Below are positions 29,131-39,452 of a stretch of 64,000 nucleotides of DNA, in pieces. This DNA is from Planctomycetota bacterium (lineage in GTDB: Bacteria; Planctomycetota; UBA11346), in contig JBBRLJ010000012.1 in the NCBI GenBank assembly GCA_038231435.1, positions 53,899 to 117,898 of the forward strand, written 5' to 3'. The position numbers were made by a program, and so were the translations under genes. Within the stretch, counting starts at the first letter, position 1. Each line of letters opens with the position of its first letter. The notes below the pieces were generated by a model. The model was not told where the DNA came from. It saw only the letters and a program-made list of their open reading frames with translations, and did not search any database.

Positions 29131-30402
29131 TCAGGCGTGGCGCAGGGCTTCGACTGGCTGCATGCGGGCGGCCTTGACCGCCGGGGATAGCCCCGCGACC
29201 ACGCCCACCACCATCGAGATGCCGACTGAGAGCATCACCGACCACGGCGTGATCAGGATCGGCCAGCCAGCGAGTTCGTTCACCAGCGCTGCTCCGACCA
29301 GGCCGACGAGGATGCCGACCAGCCCGCCGACCATCGCCATGACCACGGTTTCGACCAGGAACTGGTTGCGGATGTCGCTGCGGCGCGCGCCCACGGCGCG
29401 ACGGATGCCGATCTCGCGCGTGCGTTCGAGCACGTTTGCGAGCATGATGTTCATGATGCCGATGCCACCCACCAGCAGTGAGATGCTGGCAATCGAAAAC
29501 ATCACGATCGCGAAGATGGTCTGGGTGCGGCGCTGCTGTTCGAGCAGTTCGAGCGGTACCACCACTTCGATATCGCCGCGTTCATGGGTTCGCCCGAGCA
29601 CCTTGCGCACCAGTGCGCCCGCGGTGAGCACGTCCGCCGTTCCGGCGAATCGCATCACCAGCTGGGCGATCTCGAGCCGCGACACCTGATAGGACCCGGC
29701 TTCGTACTCGACGCTGAGCAGCCCAAAGTAGGTCTTCGCGCTGGTCTCGGGGATGAAGATGGTGCGATTGAGATCCTCGGCTCCCAGCCCGCCGATGCCG
29801 GCGGTACGCTTGTTCTCGAGCACCCCGACCACGCGCAGCCACTGCCCGGAGATCTGCACATCCTTGCCGAGCGGATCCTGGAGCCGGAAGAGGTCGCGCG
29901 CGACCTCGGCGCCCAGCACCGCCACCGGCAGCAGCCGCTCCATGTCGAGCTGGCAGATGAATCTCCCCGAGGCGATGGATAGGTGCGCGGCCGCCGCGTA
30001 GAGCGGTTCGGTGGCGATGATGCGCGTCTCGATCTCGCGCGATCCGTTGAATACCTTCTGTCGCACCTGTCGGGTGGCCACGTTCTCGATCATGTCCGGC
30101 ACCACTCGCGCAAGGTGCTGGCGGTCCTTGAAGGTCAGGCCGTAGGCGAGCACGTTGGAGGTGTCGTTCTTATCATCCTTGGTCTTGGGCTTCACAGTGG
30201 GGCGCACGCTCTTCACCAGCACCCGGTCCATGCCCATCTGCTGGATCGCGCCGAGCGCCTCGGAGCGCGCTCCCTCGCTGATCGCTAGCATGGCGATGAC
30301 CGCGCCGACGCCGAAGACCATGCCGAGCATGGTCAGCAGCGAGCGCAGCTTGTGGTGGGCGAGGCCGACGAGCGAGGTCGCGAGCAGCGGAGGCAGGATC
30401 AC
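29131..30402 (-). CDS. MacB/FtsX-like ABC transporter permease
   Basis: KLRSLLTMLGMVFGVGAVIAM, SLLVGGIGIMNIML..V.ERTREIGIRRAVGA, PA.KAA...PVEALR; GTG overlaps the ATPase stop. Confidence 0.93.
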   Translation of the reverse strand: MILPPLLATSLVGLAHHKLRSLLTMLGMVFGVGAVIAMLAISEGARSEALGAIQQMGMDRVLVKSVRPTVKPKTKDDKNDTSNVLAYGLTFKDRQHLARVVPDMIENVATRQVRQKVFNGSREIETRIIATEPLYAAAAHLSIASGRFICQLDMERLLPVAVLGAEVARDLFRLQDPLGKDVQISGQWLRVVGVLENKRTAGIGGLGAEDLNRTIFIPETSAKTYFGLLSVEYEAGSYQVSRLEIAQLVMRFAGTADVLTAGALVRKVLGRTHERGDIEVVVPLELLEQQRRTQTIFAIVMFSIASISLLVGGIGIMNIMLANVLERTREIGIRRAVGARRSDIRNQFLVETVVMAMVGGLVGILVGLVGAALVNELAGWPILITPWSVMLSVGISMVVGVVAGLSPAVKAARMQPVEALRHA

Positions 30403-31163
30403 GATCCGGCCTCGGCCTGATCCCTGGCCTGCGATGCGACCAGCGATCCGTCGAGCATCCGCACCACCCGCTGCGCCTTGGCGGCGACACCGTGATCGTG
30501 GGTGACCATGATCACGGTGAGACCCAGCGCATTGAGCTCCTGGAAAAGTCCAATGATCTCGGCGCCGGTTCGGCTGTCGAGATTGCCGGTGGGCTCGTCG
30601 GCGACCAGCAGCGACGGCTCGCACACCAGCGCTCGCGCGATGGCGCCGCGCTGCATCTCGCCGCCCGACATCTGCGCCGGGTGATGGGTGACCCGGTCCT
30701 TCAGTCCGACTCGTTCGAGCGCGGCGAGCGCCCGGCGGCGGCGTTCGGCCGCGCCCACGCCGAGATAGAGCATCGGCAGCTCGACGTTCTCGGTCACGGT
30801 CATCTGCGGGATCAGGTTGAAGAACTGGAAGACGAATCCGACCTGGCGGCCGCGCAGCCGGGCGAGCCGATCGTCGTCGAGACCCGAGACCTCCTCGCCG
30901 GCGAGCTTGTAGCTGCCGCCGTCTGGGCGGTCGAGGCAGCCGATGATGTGCATCAGCGTGGTCTTGCCGGAACCCGAGGGGCCCATCAGCGCCACGAATT
31001 CACCGCGTGCGATGCCGAGATCGATGCCCTTGAGCACCGGCAGTTCACGCGCGCCGAGGCGATAGGTGCGGCGGATGTCCACGAGCTCTACGATAGGCGC
31101 GCCGGTGGCCGTCGCGGCTGCCATCGCAGGGGTCATTCCAGTGGAGCCCAGGTGTCCGGTCAT
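30399..31163 (-). CDS. ABC transporter ATP-binding protein (MacB/LolD-like)
   Basis: GPSGSGKTT, GFVFQFFNL, MSGGEMQR, ADEPTGNLDS, VTHD. Confidence 0.95.
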   Translation of the reverse strand: MTGHLGSTGMTPAMAAATATGAPIVELVDIRRTYRLGARELPVLKGIDLGIARGEFVALMGPSGSGKTTLMHIIGCLDRPDGGSYKLAGEEVSGLDDDRLARLRGRQVGFVFQFFNLIPQMTVTENVELPMLYLGVGAAERRRRALAALERVGLKDRVTHHPAQMSGGEMQRGAIARALVCEPSLLVADEPTGNLDSRTGAEIIGLFQELNALGLTVIMVTHDHGVAAKAQRVVRMLDGSLVASQARDQAEAGS

Positions 31164-32680
31164 TTCGCCGGCGTTGCGCCCGCACCCGGCGTGGCGGCGG
31201 AGGATTCTCCGGAAGCCTTGTCGTCCTTGGCGCCGGGATCGATCGAGAGCATCACCACCGTCTCGCCGGCCTGCAAACCAGCCGTGATCACCACGTGGTC
31301 ATCGTTGCTCCGCCCGAGAGTGATGGGGCGCTTCGCGACCGAGCCCCGGGTCTCCACGTAGCAGAAGTGTTCGTCACCTTTGCTCGAGACCATGTCGACC
31401 GGGATATGCAGGACCTTTTCCAGGTGGCCGACCAGGACCTCGACCTTGGTCGACATGCCGGGACGGAACGCGGTGCCTACGGTGTCCCCCAGGCTGCAGG
31501 TGGTCATGTACTGCTTGCCTTCGCCCTGCCTCCGCCAATCCGTCGACGCGGTCGGGGCGATCTTGAGCAGCGCTCCGACGAACACCTTGCCGTCGATGCC
31601 TTCGACGCGCGTGGTCACGCGCTGGCCCTCGGCGATCCTCGAGATGTCGACCTCGTTCACCCCGAATTCCGCAACCATGTCGGTGAGGTCGGGTAGGGTC
31701 ATCATCGGCTGGTTCTGGTAGATGTCCGCGCCGACCTGCAAGCGGTTGCCGTAGTTGTAGTTTTCGTTGCCCGAGCCGTAGACCACCAGCCCGTCGTTGG
31801 TGGCGAGCACGATCAGCGACTGCTTCTTGTCGGTGAGATCCGCGAGACGGGTCTCCATCTGCGTGAGGATGCTCTGCTGCTTCTGGATCTCGGCCTCCTT
31901 CTGCGCGTGCAGGGTCTCCATCTGCTGGGCGATGCGCTGCTTCGCGAGCGATGCATTGTCCACTTCGGCGTCGTGCTTGGATTTCTCGGTGGGATACTCG
32001 TACTGCTGGAAGATCTCGAGTTCGCGCGTCTTGTGGGTCACGGCCAGGGCCTTCTCGCGCGCCTCGAGCTCGGCGACACGCATTTCGGTGCCGGTGACGA
32101 AGCCCTTCTCGAGCAGCATGGGCATGCGCTGGGATTTCTCCTTTGAATCGGTGAGCTCGGACGACGCCTTCTCGAGCGCCAGGCGCAGGTCCTGCTCCTG
32201 CAAGGGGGCCTTGCCCTTCTCGTACTGCTCGAGCGCCATGCCCGCGGTGATCAGGGCGCGCTCGGCGTCTGCGGTTTGCTTCTGCGCGTCGAGCTCCTGC
32301 AGCTTGAGCTCGCGCCTGGCGTTCTCGAGCGCGCGTTCGGCGTTCTCCTTCTCCTGCTGGGTCTGGGTGAACTGGTTGTCCAGATCCTTGTTCTCCAGCT
32401 CGATGAGCTTGTCGCCCTTCTTGACCGTCGTGCCTTCGGCGATCAGCCACACCGCCTTGCCGTTCACCTTGCACTCGATGAAGATCGGCTTCTGCGATTT
32501 GAGTGAGCCGTGCTCGGTGATGACCACGTCGAGGTCCGACACCGTCGCCTGGTAGCGGGCGAGCACGGTGCCGCTGCCGATCGCGTTCTTGCCGCAGCCC
32601 GCCATCGCCACCGCCATCGAGGCGGATGCGGCCACGGCGACCGCGAACGCCATCATGGACGGGATCCGGCCGAGGATCAC
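31160..32680 (-). CDS. Efflux periplasmic adaptor (membrane fusion protein) with long coiled coil
   Basis: Lipobox-like MAGC; EG..VKKGD.LIEL lipoyl half; long helical hairpin; VNEVDI..I..GQ; RPGMS..V; GL..GE.V. Confidence 0.88.
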   Translation of the reverse strand: MILGRIPSMMAFAVAVAASASMAVAMAGCGKNAIGSGTVLARYQATVSDLDVVITEHGSLKSQKPIFIECKVNGKAVWLIAEGTTVKKGDKLIELENKDLDNQFTQTQQEKENAERALENARRELKLQELDAQKQTADAERALITAGMALEQYEKGKAPLQEQDLRLALEKASSELTDSKEKSQRMPMLLEKGFVTGTEMRVAELEAREKALAVTHKTRELEIFQQYEYPTEKSKHDAEVDNASLAKQRIAQQMETLHAQKEAEIQKQQSILTQMETRLADLTDKKQSLIVLATNDGLVVYGSGNENYNYGNRLQVGADIYQNQPMMTLPDLTDMVAEFGVNEVDISRIAEGQRVTTRVEGIDGKVFVGALLKIAPTASTDWRRQGEGKQYMTTCSLGDTVGTAFRPGMSTKVEVLVGHLEKVLHIPVDMVSSKGDEHFCYVETRGSVAKRPITLGRSNDDHVVITAGLQAGETVVMLSIDPGAKDDKASGESSAATPGAGATPAK

Positions 32681-34212
32681 GGCAGCACTCCCACCGTGGT
32701 CGCGTATTCCGGCGCGGCGTCGGACCACGCGCCCGCGTCGCTCACCATCAATGTCCCGGTGTCGTGGCGCAGCTGCAGTTCGGCGCTGCGGTAACTGACG
32801 ATCGCGCCGAACCACGCGTTCTCGCCCTGTCGCACCTCGTTCTGCGCCTCGACGATGTCGAGGTTGGAGATCAGGCCGGCCTTGAAGTCGAGGAAGGCCT
32901 TTTCGGCGCGATTGCGCGTCTGGGTGCGGTTGCGCTCCTGGATGAGCAGCGAAGCCTCGGCCGAGCGCAAGTTGCGGATGGCTTCGAGCACTTGGCGGAT
33001 GATCGATTGCTTCTGGGCCTCGAGTGCGCGGCTGGCCTGGATCCTGGCGATCATCGCCTGCTCGTACGACAGCTCTTCGCCACGGCGGTTGAACGGGATC
33101 TGCAGGGTCATGCCGACGGTGTAGCTGGGATCGCCCGCTACCGGACTGTGCCAGTCGGAAGCCGGCGCGCCTCCGTAGCCGACGCTGGCGTTGAGATCGA
33201 GCTGGGGTAGCAAGGCCCGGCGCGACAAGGTGAGCGCGCGCTGCGCGTCCGCGACCCGGTCATCGGTGGTCATCAGGTCGAGTCGGTGCGTCATTGCCGT
33301 GGCGATGGCGCGCTTCGCGTCCACCTCGAGCTTCGGGCCCGAGGGCGGAGCGGTGTCGATGGCCAGGCGTTCGTCGACCGGGAGGTTGAGATCGAACTTG
33401 AAGGCGTCGAGCGCCGCGTTGAACGCCGCCTCGGCGTCCACCAGCGATTGGCGAGCGGCGAGCAGCGCCACCTCGGCGCGGAAGACGTCATTGGCGTTGG
33501 ATTTGCCGATCGACATCAGGGCGCGCGATTGCTCGTAGAGGAATTCGGAGCGGCCGACACCCATGCGCGCCTGCTCGAGCGCGTGCTGCTGGCCCTGCAG
33601 GGACCAGAACGTGCGACTGATGCCGAGCGTCAGCTCCTCGCGGTACTGTTCGTAGCCACGCATGCTGTAGATGTAGCTGCGCTCGGCCGAGGTCAGGCCC
33701 TCGCGCCAGACCAGCGAGCCGGCATTGCGCAGCAGCGGTTGCAGGAGCGAGGCGCTCGAGGACGTGGTCTTGGTTTCGGCCGCGCCTGGCGCGTGCGAGA
33801 CCTGGGCGGTGGTGCTGACGCTGGCGGTGCCGCCGGTCGGCAGGGTCTGGCTCGCGCCGAGGGTGGCGGTCTCGGCATCGCTCGGCGCGGAGTTGCCGCG
33901 TCCGGACATGCTGGCGCCGAGCGTACCGGTCGGCTGCGGACCATAACTCGCGCGGGCGTTGCGCAGGGTCATGGCGAGGAGCTTCAGCTCCTCGTCGCGC
34001 GACTGCTTCTCGCGTCCCTGGGTGTGGGCGTAGCGCAGCGCGTCGGCGAGCGTCAGGATCTGCGCGCCCGATGGATTGTCGATCGCCGCGGCGGCGTCCT
34101 CGGCCTCTGGCGGCCCCATGACTGGCGGTAGCTCGGCCGCGCTGCCGCTTGCGCAGGCGAAGGCGCACGCGAGCGAGATGACGGCGAGGAGGTGCAAGCG
34201 GTAGCGGTGCAT
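32677..34212 (-). CDS. TolC family outer membrane efflux protein
   Basis: Signal peptide; QPLLR, LLPQLDL.AS...G.TLQIPF, FKAGL.S..D...AQ; first gene of the exporter operon. Confidence 0.87.
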   Translation of the reverse strand: MHRYRLHLLAVISLACAFACASGSAAELPPVMGPPEAEDAAAAIDNPSGAQILTLADALRYAHTQGREKQSRDEELKLLAMTLRNARASYGPQPTGTLGASMSGRGNSAPSDAETATLGASQTLPTGGTASVSTTAQVSHAPGAAETKTTSSSASLLQPLLRNAGSLVWREGLTSAERSYIYSMRGYEQYREELTLGISRTFWSLQGQQHALEQARMGVGRSEFLYEQSRALMSIGKSNANDVFRAEVALLAARQSLVDAEAAFNAALDAFKFDLNLPVDERLAIDTAPPSGPKLEVDAKRAIATAMTHRLDLMTTDDRVADAQRALTLSRRALLPQLDLNASVGYGGAPASDWHSPVAGDPSYTVGMTLQIPFNRRGEELSYEQAMIARIQASRALEAQKQSIIRQVLEAIRNLRSAEASLLIQERNRTQTRNRAEKAFLDFKAGLISNLDIVEAQNEVRQGENAWFGAIVSYRSAELQLRHDTGTLMVSDAGAWSDAAPEYATTVGVLP

Positions 34213-34392
34213 GGGCGAGCGCAGGGAATACGCGCGACGCGGAACATCGTTGTGGGGATGGTCGGCGGTTAGCGCTGGTCGCTCGACTCGCCGGCGGTGT
34301 GGCAATCACCCGGGGACAGCCCGTCGTCGACGGCAGGACAGCAGGCTTTCATCCAGGTCGGCTATCGACGACGGACGACAGACGCGCTGTCC

Positions 34393-35682
34393 TCAGTGCC
34401 TGCCGATCAGTTCCGCGGCTGACTTCGCGGCCTTGCGCACTTCGAGATCGTCACGTTCGTTCTTCGCCACGCCCTGCAGGCTGGTCAGTGCCGGTGTCGC
34501 CACCTCGGCCATGAGCATGAACGCGGTGCAGGCGCCGATGCGCGCGCGCTTGTCGTCGGTCTTGGTCTCGAGCACCTGTTCGAGCACCGGGATCGAGCGC
34601 GCCGGCTCCGCGGCCACCGACAGCGCCTTCATCGCTTCAGCCCGGGTCTCGGGATCGGCGGCCGGATCGGCGGTCAGCGTGATCAGGCGGTCGACCACCT
34701 CGGGGAGTTTGCGCCTATGGAAGAACACGGCCGCGCACGCGCCCTTGGTGGCGTCGGCGTTGCCGCCGTCGAGAGCCTCGCGGACCGCCTTGGCGACGCC
34801 ATCGTCCCAGGCGCCGAGCGCAGCGAGGGTCGCGAGCGCCTGGCCCTGGACCTTGGGCGATTCCGCGGTGGTCTGCTTGCGCGCGGCCGTCACCGCCGCG
34901 TCCTTGCCCGCGCCGACGGCGCGAGCGAGCGCCGCCAGCGCCCCGACCGCGACCTCGTCCTCCGAATCCTCGCTGGCGAAGGCTGCCGGATCGACCAGTT
35001 CGACGGGGAGATTGTCGAAGCAGCGGCACATCAGGTGCAAGGCCTCGACGCGCACCTTGGCGTCAGGGCTGTGCGAGAGCTTGGCCAGCATGGCCAAGTC
35101 GCCGGACGCCTCGCGTCGGTAGTCGGCGTCGCTCTCGCAACGCTTGCGCGAGACCTGCACGGCGTTCTCGCGGGTCTGCAGCTCCTCGCTGTCGAGGGCT
35201 GTGAGCAGCTGCTTCGCGGTCAGCTGACCGGCCTGCGCGAGGCCTTTCTGGCTGGCGCTGCTCTCGCGGAACTTGCGGATCTCTTCGAGCGTCGCGCGCG
35301 CGAGCTTGCGCACCTTCTCATCCGGATCGGCCATCATCTTCTCGATGCGCTGCACCTGCTCTCCGCTCAGGTGCACCGGCGGCTTGATGGCGTTCAGCAC
35401 ATTCTGCTTGAGGCCCGCGTCGGCATTGTCGAGCAGGGGCATGAGATCCGGCAGGGCGGCTTCGACGGCGGCCGGACCGATGTCCACGATGCGTTGCAGC
35501 GGCGAGGCCTTGAGCAGGGGATCCCGCGAGGCGCGCAGATCGGCGAGCTGCTTGTCCAGGCTGCGCTGCTGCGCGGCGCTCAGCGCCGGGGCGGGGGCGG
35601 CATCGACGGCCCATGCAGCCGGGCCCGTGGCGGCCACCGAGACCACCGAAGCCGCGAGCAGGAGAGCTACGAGTGGGCGCAT
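34393..35682 (-). CDS. Secreted HEAT-repeat protein
   Basis: Signal peptide MRPLVALLLAAS; repeated D.D..VR..A..AL units; GGAGG SD upstream. Confidence 0.8.
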   Translation of the reverse strand: MRPLVALLLAASVVSVAATGPAAWAVDAAPAPALSAAQQRSLDKQLADLRASRDPLLKASPLQRIVDIGPAAVEAALPDLMPLLDNADAGLKQNVLNAIKPPVHLSGEQVQRIEKMMADPDEKVRKLARATLEEIRKFRESSASQKGLAQAGQLTAKQLLTALDSEELQTRENAVQVSRKRCESDADYRREASGDLAMLAKLSHSPDAKVRVEALHLMCRCFDNLPVELVDPAAFASEDSEDEVAVGALAALARAVGAGKDAAVTAARKQTTAESPKVQGQALATLAALGAWDDGVAKAVREALDGGNADATKGACAAVFFHRRKLPEVVDRLITLTADPAADPETRAEAMKALSVAAEPARSIPVLEQVLETKTDDKRARIGACTAFMLMAEVATPALTSLQGVAKNERDDLEVRKAAKSAAELIGRH

Positions 35683-35779
35683 GGATCCTCCACCATATGG
35701 TAGACCCAGGGGACGCCGGCCACAGCCGCAAGACCCTCCGAAATGGACCTCCGGGTGCGCCGCTGTATCATCTGCAAGG

Positions 35780-37432
35780 ATGTCCTCCCCGCTCGGAACC
35801 CTCCCTGCATGGTGTCGCCAGCTCGTGCTCTGCGGCTGCCTGGGCTTGTCGGGCGCCGTGGCTGCGCCGCTCGCCAGGTGCGCTGATTCCGATACCGGCG
35901 CGGCAGCGTTCGGACTACCGGCGCTCTCTTCTGAGACTTCTGAGCTCCCTACAGAGAAGACTGCTGAGAATACGTCGTCGCTCTCGGCTCTGGAGGCCCA
36001 GTTGGCTTCAGATCTCGCCCATCCTCGCGATCTGTCGCGTGCCGCGCATCGCGCCTTGCTGCTCAAAGCCGCCAATGCCGGCTCGGCCATCGCCGCGGTA
36101 CGGCTGTGCTCGCTCGGGTGGTTCGATGCGATGCGCCGCGTCGAGGTCGAACGTCCCGCCCTCGCCGCGTGGAACGGTGCCGAGGCGGCCGTCGCCGGCT
36201 GGCGCCTCGGTCGACTCCATGATGAACTGTGGATCAACCGGCTCGAGGCCCTGCCCGGGCTCGGCGCCGAGATGCGCGCTGACGAGCAAGTGGCGGCGGC
36301 CGAGGATCTGCTCGCCGACGCCGAGCCCGATCCGGCGGCGCTGCTCGACGCCGCCTACGTGCTCGCGGCCAATGGCGACGATGGCGAGGTTCGCGCGCGT
36401 GCTCTCGCGGCGCGCGCGGGCGTCAGGCTGCGAGCCGACGGTTTCGCTGGCGACGACCTGCTGCTGATCGAGGGGCGCGGCGAGCTGCTCATCGATTGCC
36501 AGGACTACCTGGAACAAGCCGATTGGGCTGGCACCGAGGCGCTGTTCGCGGCCGAGGCCGGCGCGCGGGCGGCACGCGGGGATCGCGTCGGTGAGGCCAT
36601 CGCGTTGCGCTTGAGCGCGCAGGCCGCGTCGGGAGCCGGCGATGCCGAGCGCGCGCGCGCATCGATGGAACGCGCGGCGGCGCTGTTTGCAGACGCGGCC
36701 GACTACGCCCGGCGCGGCCGCTGCCTGCACCTACTGGGCGAATGGTGTCAACCGTCAGCCGATACGCGCGGCGATCGCGCCCGCGCCATCCGTCTGTTCC
36801 GCGCGGCGGCCGCCAGCTGCCAGCGCGCCCAGGACTGGGAGGGTGCCGGAGCGAGCCTGTCGGCATTGGGCTGGTGCCTCTATCCGGACATGCCCGAGCA
36901 GGGCGCGGGACGGATCGAGGGCCCACCCGAGCTGCCCGACGATGTCGACTGGGGGCTTGCCGCCGCGACCTTCGCGGCGGCCGCCGGAGCGCATGGGCTG
37001 GACGGGGATATCGAGGCCCAGGCGCGCGATTACCACTGCCAGGGCCTGTGCCTGGATCCCACCTTCAACACCATGGGCTCGCCGCTGTTCTCGATCCCGG
37101 TGTTCATGGCCGCCGAATCCGACTTCGCGCGCACCGCCGACGTCTCGACCAGGGCTTGGAACCTGTGCGTGCTCGGTGAGACGCGACGCGATGCCGGTGA
37201 TCGAGATGGCGCGCGCGAATCGCTGCGCTCCGCCGCCGAGCTGGCCCTGCAGGAGAACGAGGAGGATCTGCTCGCGCGCATCGGCGACGACCTATCCGCG
37301 CTCCCGGGTGCCGCGCCGGCGGAGACCGCGCAGCTGCATGCGCGCGATCCGCGGGATCCGCTCGCGGATCCGGCCGATCCCTCCGTCCCCGCGGGTGTAC
37401 CCGCCGATGGTCAGCTGAAGTCGCGCCGGTAG
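35780..37432 (+). CDS. Hypothetical secreted TPR-like helical repeat protein
   Basis: Hydrophobic N-terminus; repeated (A/G)D..G.A..L..LG units; start uncertain. Confidence 0.6.
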   Translation: MSSPLGTLPAWCRQLVLCGCLGLSGAVAAPLARCADSDTGAAAFGLPALSSETSELPTEKTAENTSSLSALEAQLASDLAHPRDLSRAAHRALLLKAANAGSAIAAVRLCSLGWFDAMRRVEVERPALAAWNGAEAAVAGWRLGRLHDELWINRLEALPGLGAEMRADEQVAAAEDLLADAEPDPAALLDAAYVLAANGDDGEVRARALAARAGVRLRADGFAGDDLLLIEGRGELLIDCQDYLEQADWAGTEALFAAEAGARAARGDRVGEAIALRLSAQAASGAGDAERARASMERAAALFADAADYARRGRCLHLLGEWCQPSADTRGDRARAIRLFRAAAASCQRAQDWEGAGASLSALGWCLYPDMPEQGAGRIEGPPELPDDVDWGLAAATFAAAAGAHGLDGDIEAQARDYHCQGLCLDPTFNTMGSPLFSIPVFMAAESDFARTADVSTRAWNLCVLGETRRDAGDRDGARESLRSAAELALQENEEDLLARIGDDLSALPGAAPAETAQLHARDPRDPLADPADPSVPAGVPADGQLKSRR

Positions 37433-38226
37433 CGCGCCGGGCTCAGGCCGGTGACGAGCTTGAACTGGCGATTGAAGAAATATTCGTCGCAATAGCCGAG
37501 GCGCTCGGCGATCGTCGCCAAGGGCGCTCCATCCTCGGTGAGCATCTGCCGCGCGCGCTCGATGCGCTTGAGCTGTCGGTAGCGCGCGGGCGGCATGCCC
37601 ATCTCGCGAGCGAAGAATTTACGGAAGCGCTCGTAGCCCATGCCGAGCCCTTTCGCGACGCGTTCGAGATCGAGTGGGCGATCGAGCGCGTCGGCCAGCC
37701 GCGCGCAGGCCTGCGCGACCAATCCCGCCTCGGGACGCTGCGCGCGGTCGAGACGCATGACCTCGGCGCACAGCAAGTGGGCGCGCGCGACCAAGCTCGG
37801 TGAATCGCGCACGTCCCCGGATCCAAAGCCCGCGTGGATCGAATCGAAGCCGTCCATCAGGCGCTGATCCAGGCCGGGATGGACGACGGGGCGGTCGCGG
37901 TCGAGCACGCCTTCGTGCTCCAGCTGCTGGAACACCCCACCGCGGAACACCAGCCACACCTCGACCCACAACGGCTGGTCGCCGCTGTAGTAGCTGTGCG
38001 GTTTGCCTGGGAACAGCACCAGCACGTCGCCGGCGCCGATGCGCCGTTCGGGGGTGGTGTCGTCGCGGTAGTAGCCGCCGCCGTCGAGCAGGTAGACGAG
38101 CGCGTGGGCGCCCAGGTCGCGATCCCAGGTGCCGGTGCCCTTGGCCTTGTCGAGATAGCCGCAGCCCACGATCTCCGAACGCCGCGAGGGTGTCTGGAGC
38201 CTCAGCTCGAGGGGTGTGGGGGCCAT
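37411..38226 (-). CDS. AraC family transcriptional regulator
   Basis: Cupin (GDVLVLFPG.PHSY...W.EVW..F.G) plus HTH (IAERLGYCDEYFFNRQFK..TGLSP..YR). Confidence 0.92.
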   Translation of the reverse strand: MAPTPLELRLQTPSRRSEIVGCGYLDKAKGTGTWDRDLGAHALVYLLDGGGYYRDDTTPERRIGAGDVLVLFPGKPHSYYSGDQPLWVEVWLVFRGGVFQQLEHEGVLDRDRPVVHPGLDQRLMDGFDSIHAGFGSGDVRDSPSLVARAHLLCAEVMRLDRAQRPEAGLVAQACARLADALDRPLDLERVAKGLGMGYERFRKFFAREMGMPPARYRQLKRIERARQMLTEDGAPLATIAERLGYCDEYFFNRQFKLVTGLSPARYRRDFS

Positions 38227-38293
38227 GGAGGGATCATACCACCATACCATAAAACACAAAAGGCCATGCCAATTCATCCATTGGTTATGCCAA

Positions 38294-38326
38294 ATCACTG
38301 ATCCAATACCGGTATAAATCAGTGAT
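38294..38326. promoter_or_regulatory. Near-perfect 33-bp palindrome in the divergent AraC/PhyH promoter region
   Basis: ATCACTGAT-cca-ATACCGGTAT-aa-ATCAGTGAT in an AT-rich spacer. Confidence 0.5.
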
Positions 38327-38374
38327 CTCGCTAACATCGCGCATTGCCGGACCCTTCCACCGAGGAAACCATCC

Positions 38375-39292
38375 ATGATCAGTTCCGCCACCACCGTGCG
38401 CTTCGCCGAGCGCGACCTGGAGCTTGGCGGCAAGTACCTGGGCGAGCTGCGCGAATCCAACGACGTGCTCGACGATCCCGAGGCGCTGCGCCAGCGCATG
38501 GCCGCCGACGGGTACCTGCTGGTGCGCGGCCTGCACGATCCAGCCGCGGTGGCGGCCGCCCGCCGCGAACTCTTCACCGAGTTCGCCAAGACCGGCGCCT
38601 TCGATCCCTCGTTCCCGGTCCTGGATGGGATCATCAATCCGAAGCCCGAGGCGCAGGCGCCGGGATTCGTGGGCGGCGCCGATCTCACCCGCGGCAAGGC
38701 CTTCCTCGATCTGGTCGAGGGCCGTCCAGTGATGGATTTCTTCTCCCGCTTCCTCGGCGAGCCCGCACTGACCTTCGACTTCAAGTGGATGCGCTTCATC
38801 GGCAACGGCCAGTACACCGGAGCCCATTTCGACAATGTCTACATGGGCCGCGGCAGCGCGCGCCTGTACACGGTATGGACACCGATCGGCGACGTCACCA
38901 TGGACATGGGCCCGCTCGCCATCCATGTCGGCTCGAGTACCTCGGCGTCGTTTGCCCGCGTCCGCGAGACCTACGGTCAGATGGACGTCGATCGCGATCG
39001 CGTCGACGGCTGGTTCTCGAACGACCCGGTCGAGATCGTCGACCGCTTCGGCGGCCGCTGGGCCACGGGCGAGTTTCGCGCTGGCGACGCGCTGATCTTC
39101 GGCATGTACACCATGCACGCGTCGCTCACCAACGTCTCCAATCGCTTCCGGCTCACCTCGGACACCCGTTACCAGCCCGCCGCAGAGCCCACCGACGAGC
39201 GCTGGGTCGGCGAGAAGCCGAAAGCGCACTACGGCTGGCATGCCGGCCCCCAGGTGCCGATGGCGCAGAAACGTCAGGAGTGGGGGATCTAG
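38375..39292 (+). CDS. PhyH family dioxygenase (tandem paralog 1)
   Basis: DGYLLVRG, FKWMR, TGAHFD.VYMGRG, VWTP.GD, HASL.N...R...DTRYQ. Confidence 0.9.
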   Translation: MISSATTVRFAERDLELGGKYLGELRESNDVLDDPEALRQRMAADGYLLVRGLHDPAAVAAARRELFTEFAKTGAFDPSFPVLDGIINPKPEAQAPGFVGGADLTRGKAFLDLVEGRPVMDFFSRFLGEPALTFDFKWMRFIGNGQYTGAHFDNVYMGRGSARLYTVWTPIGDVTMDMGPLAIHVGSSTSASFARVRETYGQMDVDRDRVDGWFSNDPVEIVDRFGGRWATGEFRAGDALIFGMYTMHASLTNVSNRFRLTSDTRYQPAAEPTDERWVGEKPKAHYGWHAGPQVPMAQKRQEWGI

Positions 39293-39341
39293 TGATGAGG
39301 GTAAGGGGAGGAACTCTGAAATTAACCCCGCCCTGCCCGCT

Positions 39342-39442
39342 CCTTCCGGGGGGGCAGCGCGGAGCGCGATGTTGGGGGGATCGCGAAGCGATCTCAGATG
39401 CCCTTTGGGGCATCTGCCGTCCGCAGGAAGTAGCCCCCCAAC
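39342..39442 (+). repeat. Structured intergenic repeat, module C
   Basis: 39363-39442 matches the reverse complement of 60049-60128 with 2 mismatches; closing stem gttgggggg/ccccccaac with three internal hairpins. Confidence 0.93.
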
Positions 39443-39452
39443 CGAAAGCCCC

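Noticed and set aside
39363..39442. Module C as a tRNA cloverleaf
   Set aside because: No TTC-containing 7-nt T loop, no 7-nt anticodon loop and no D-loop GG; loops are 3-5 nt.
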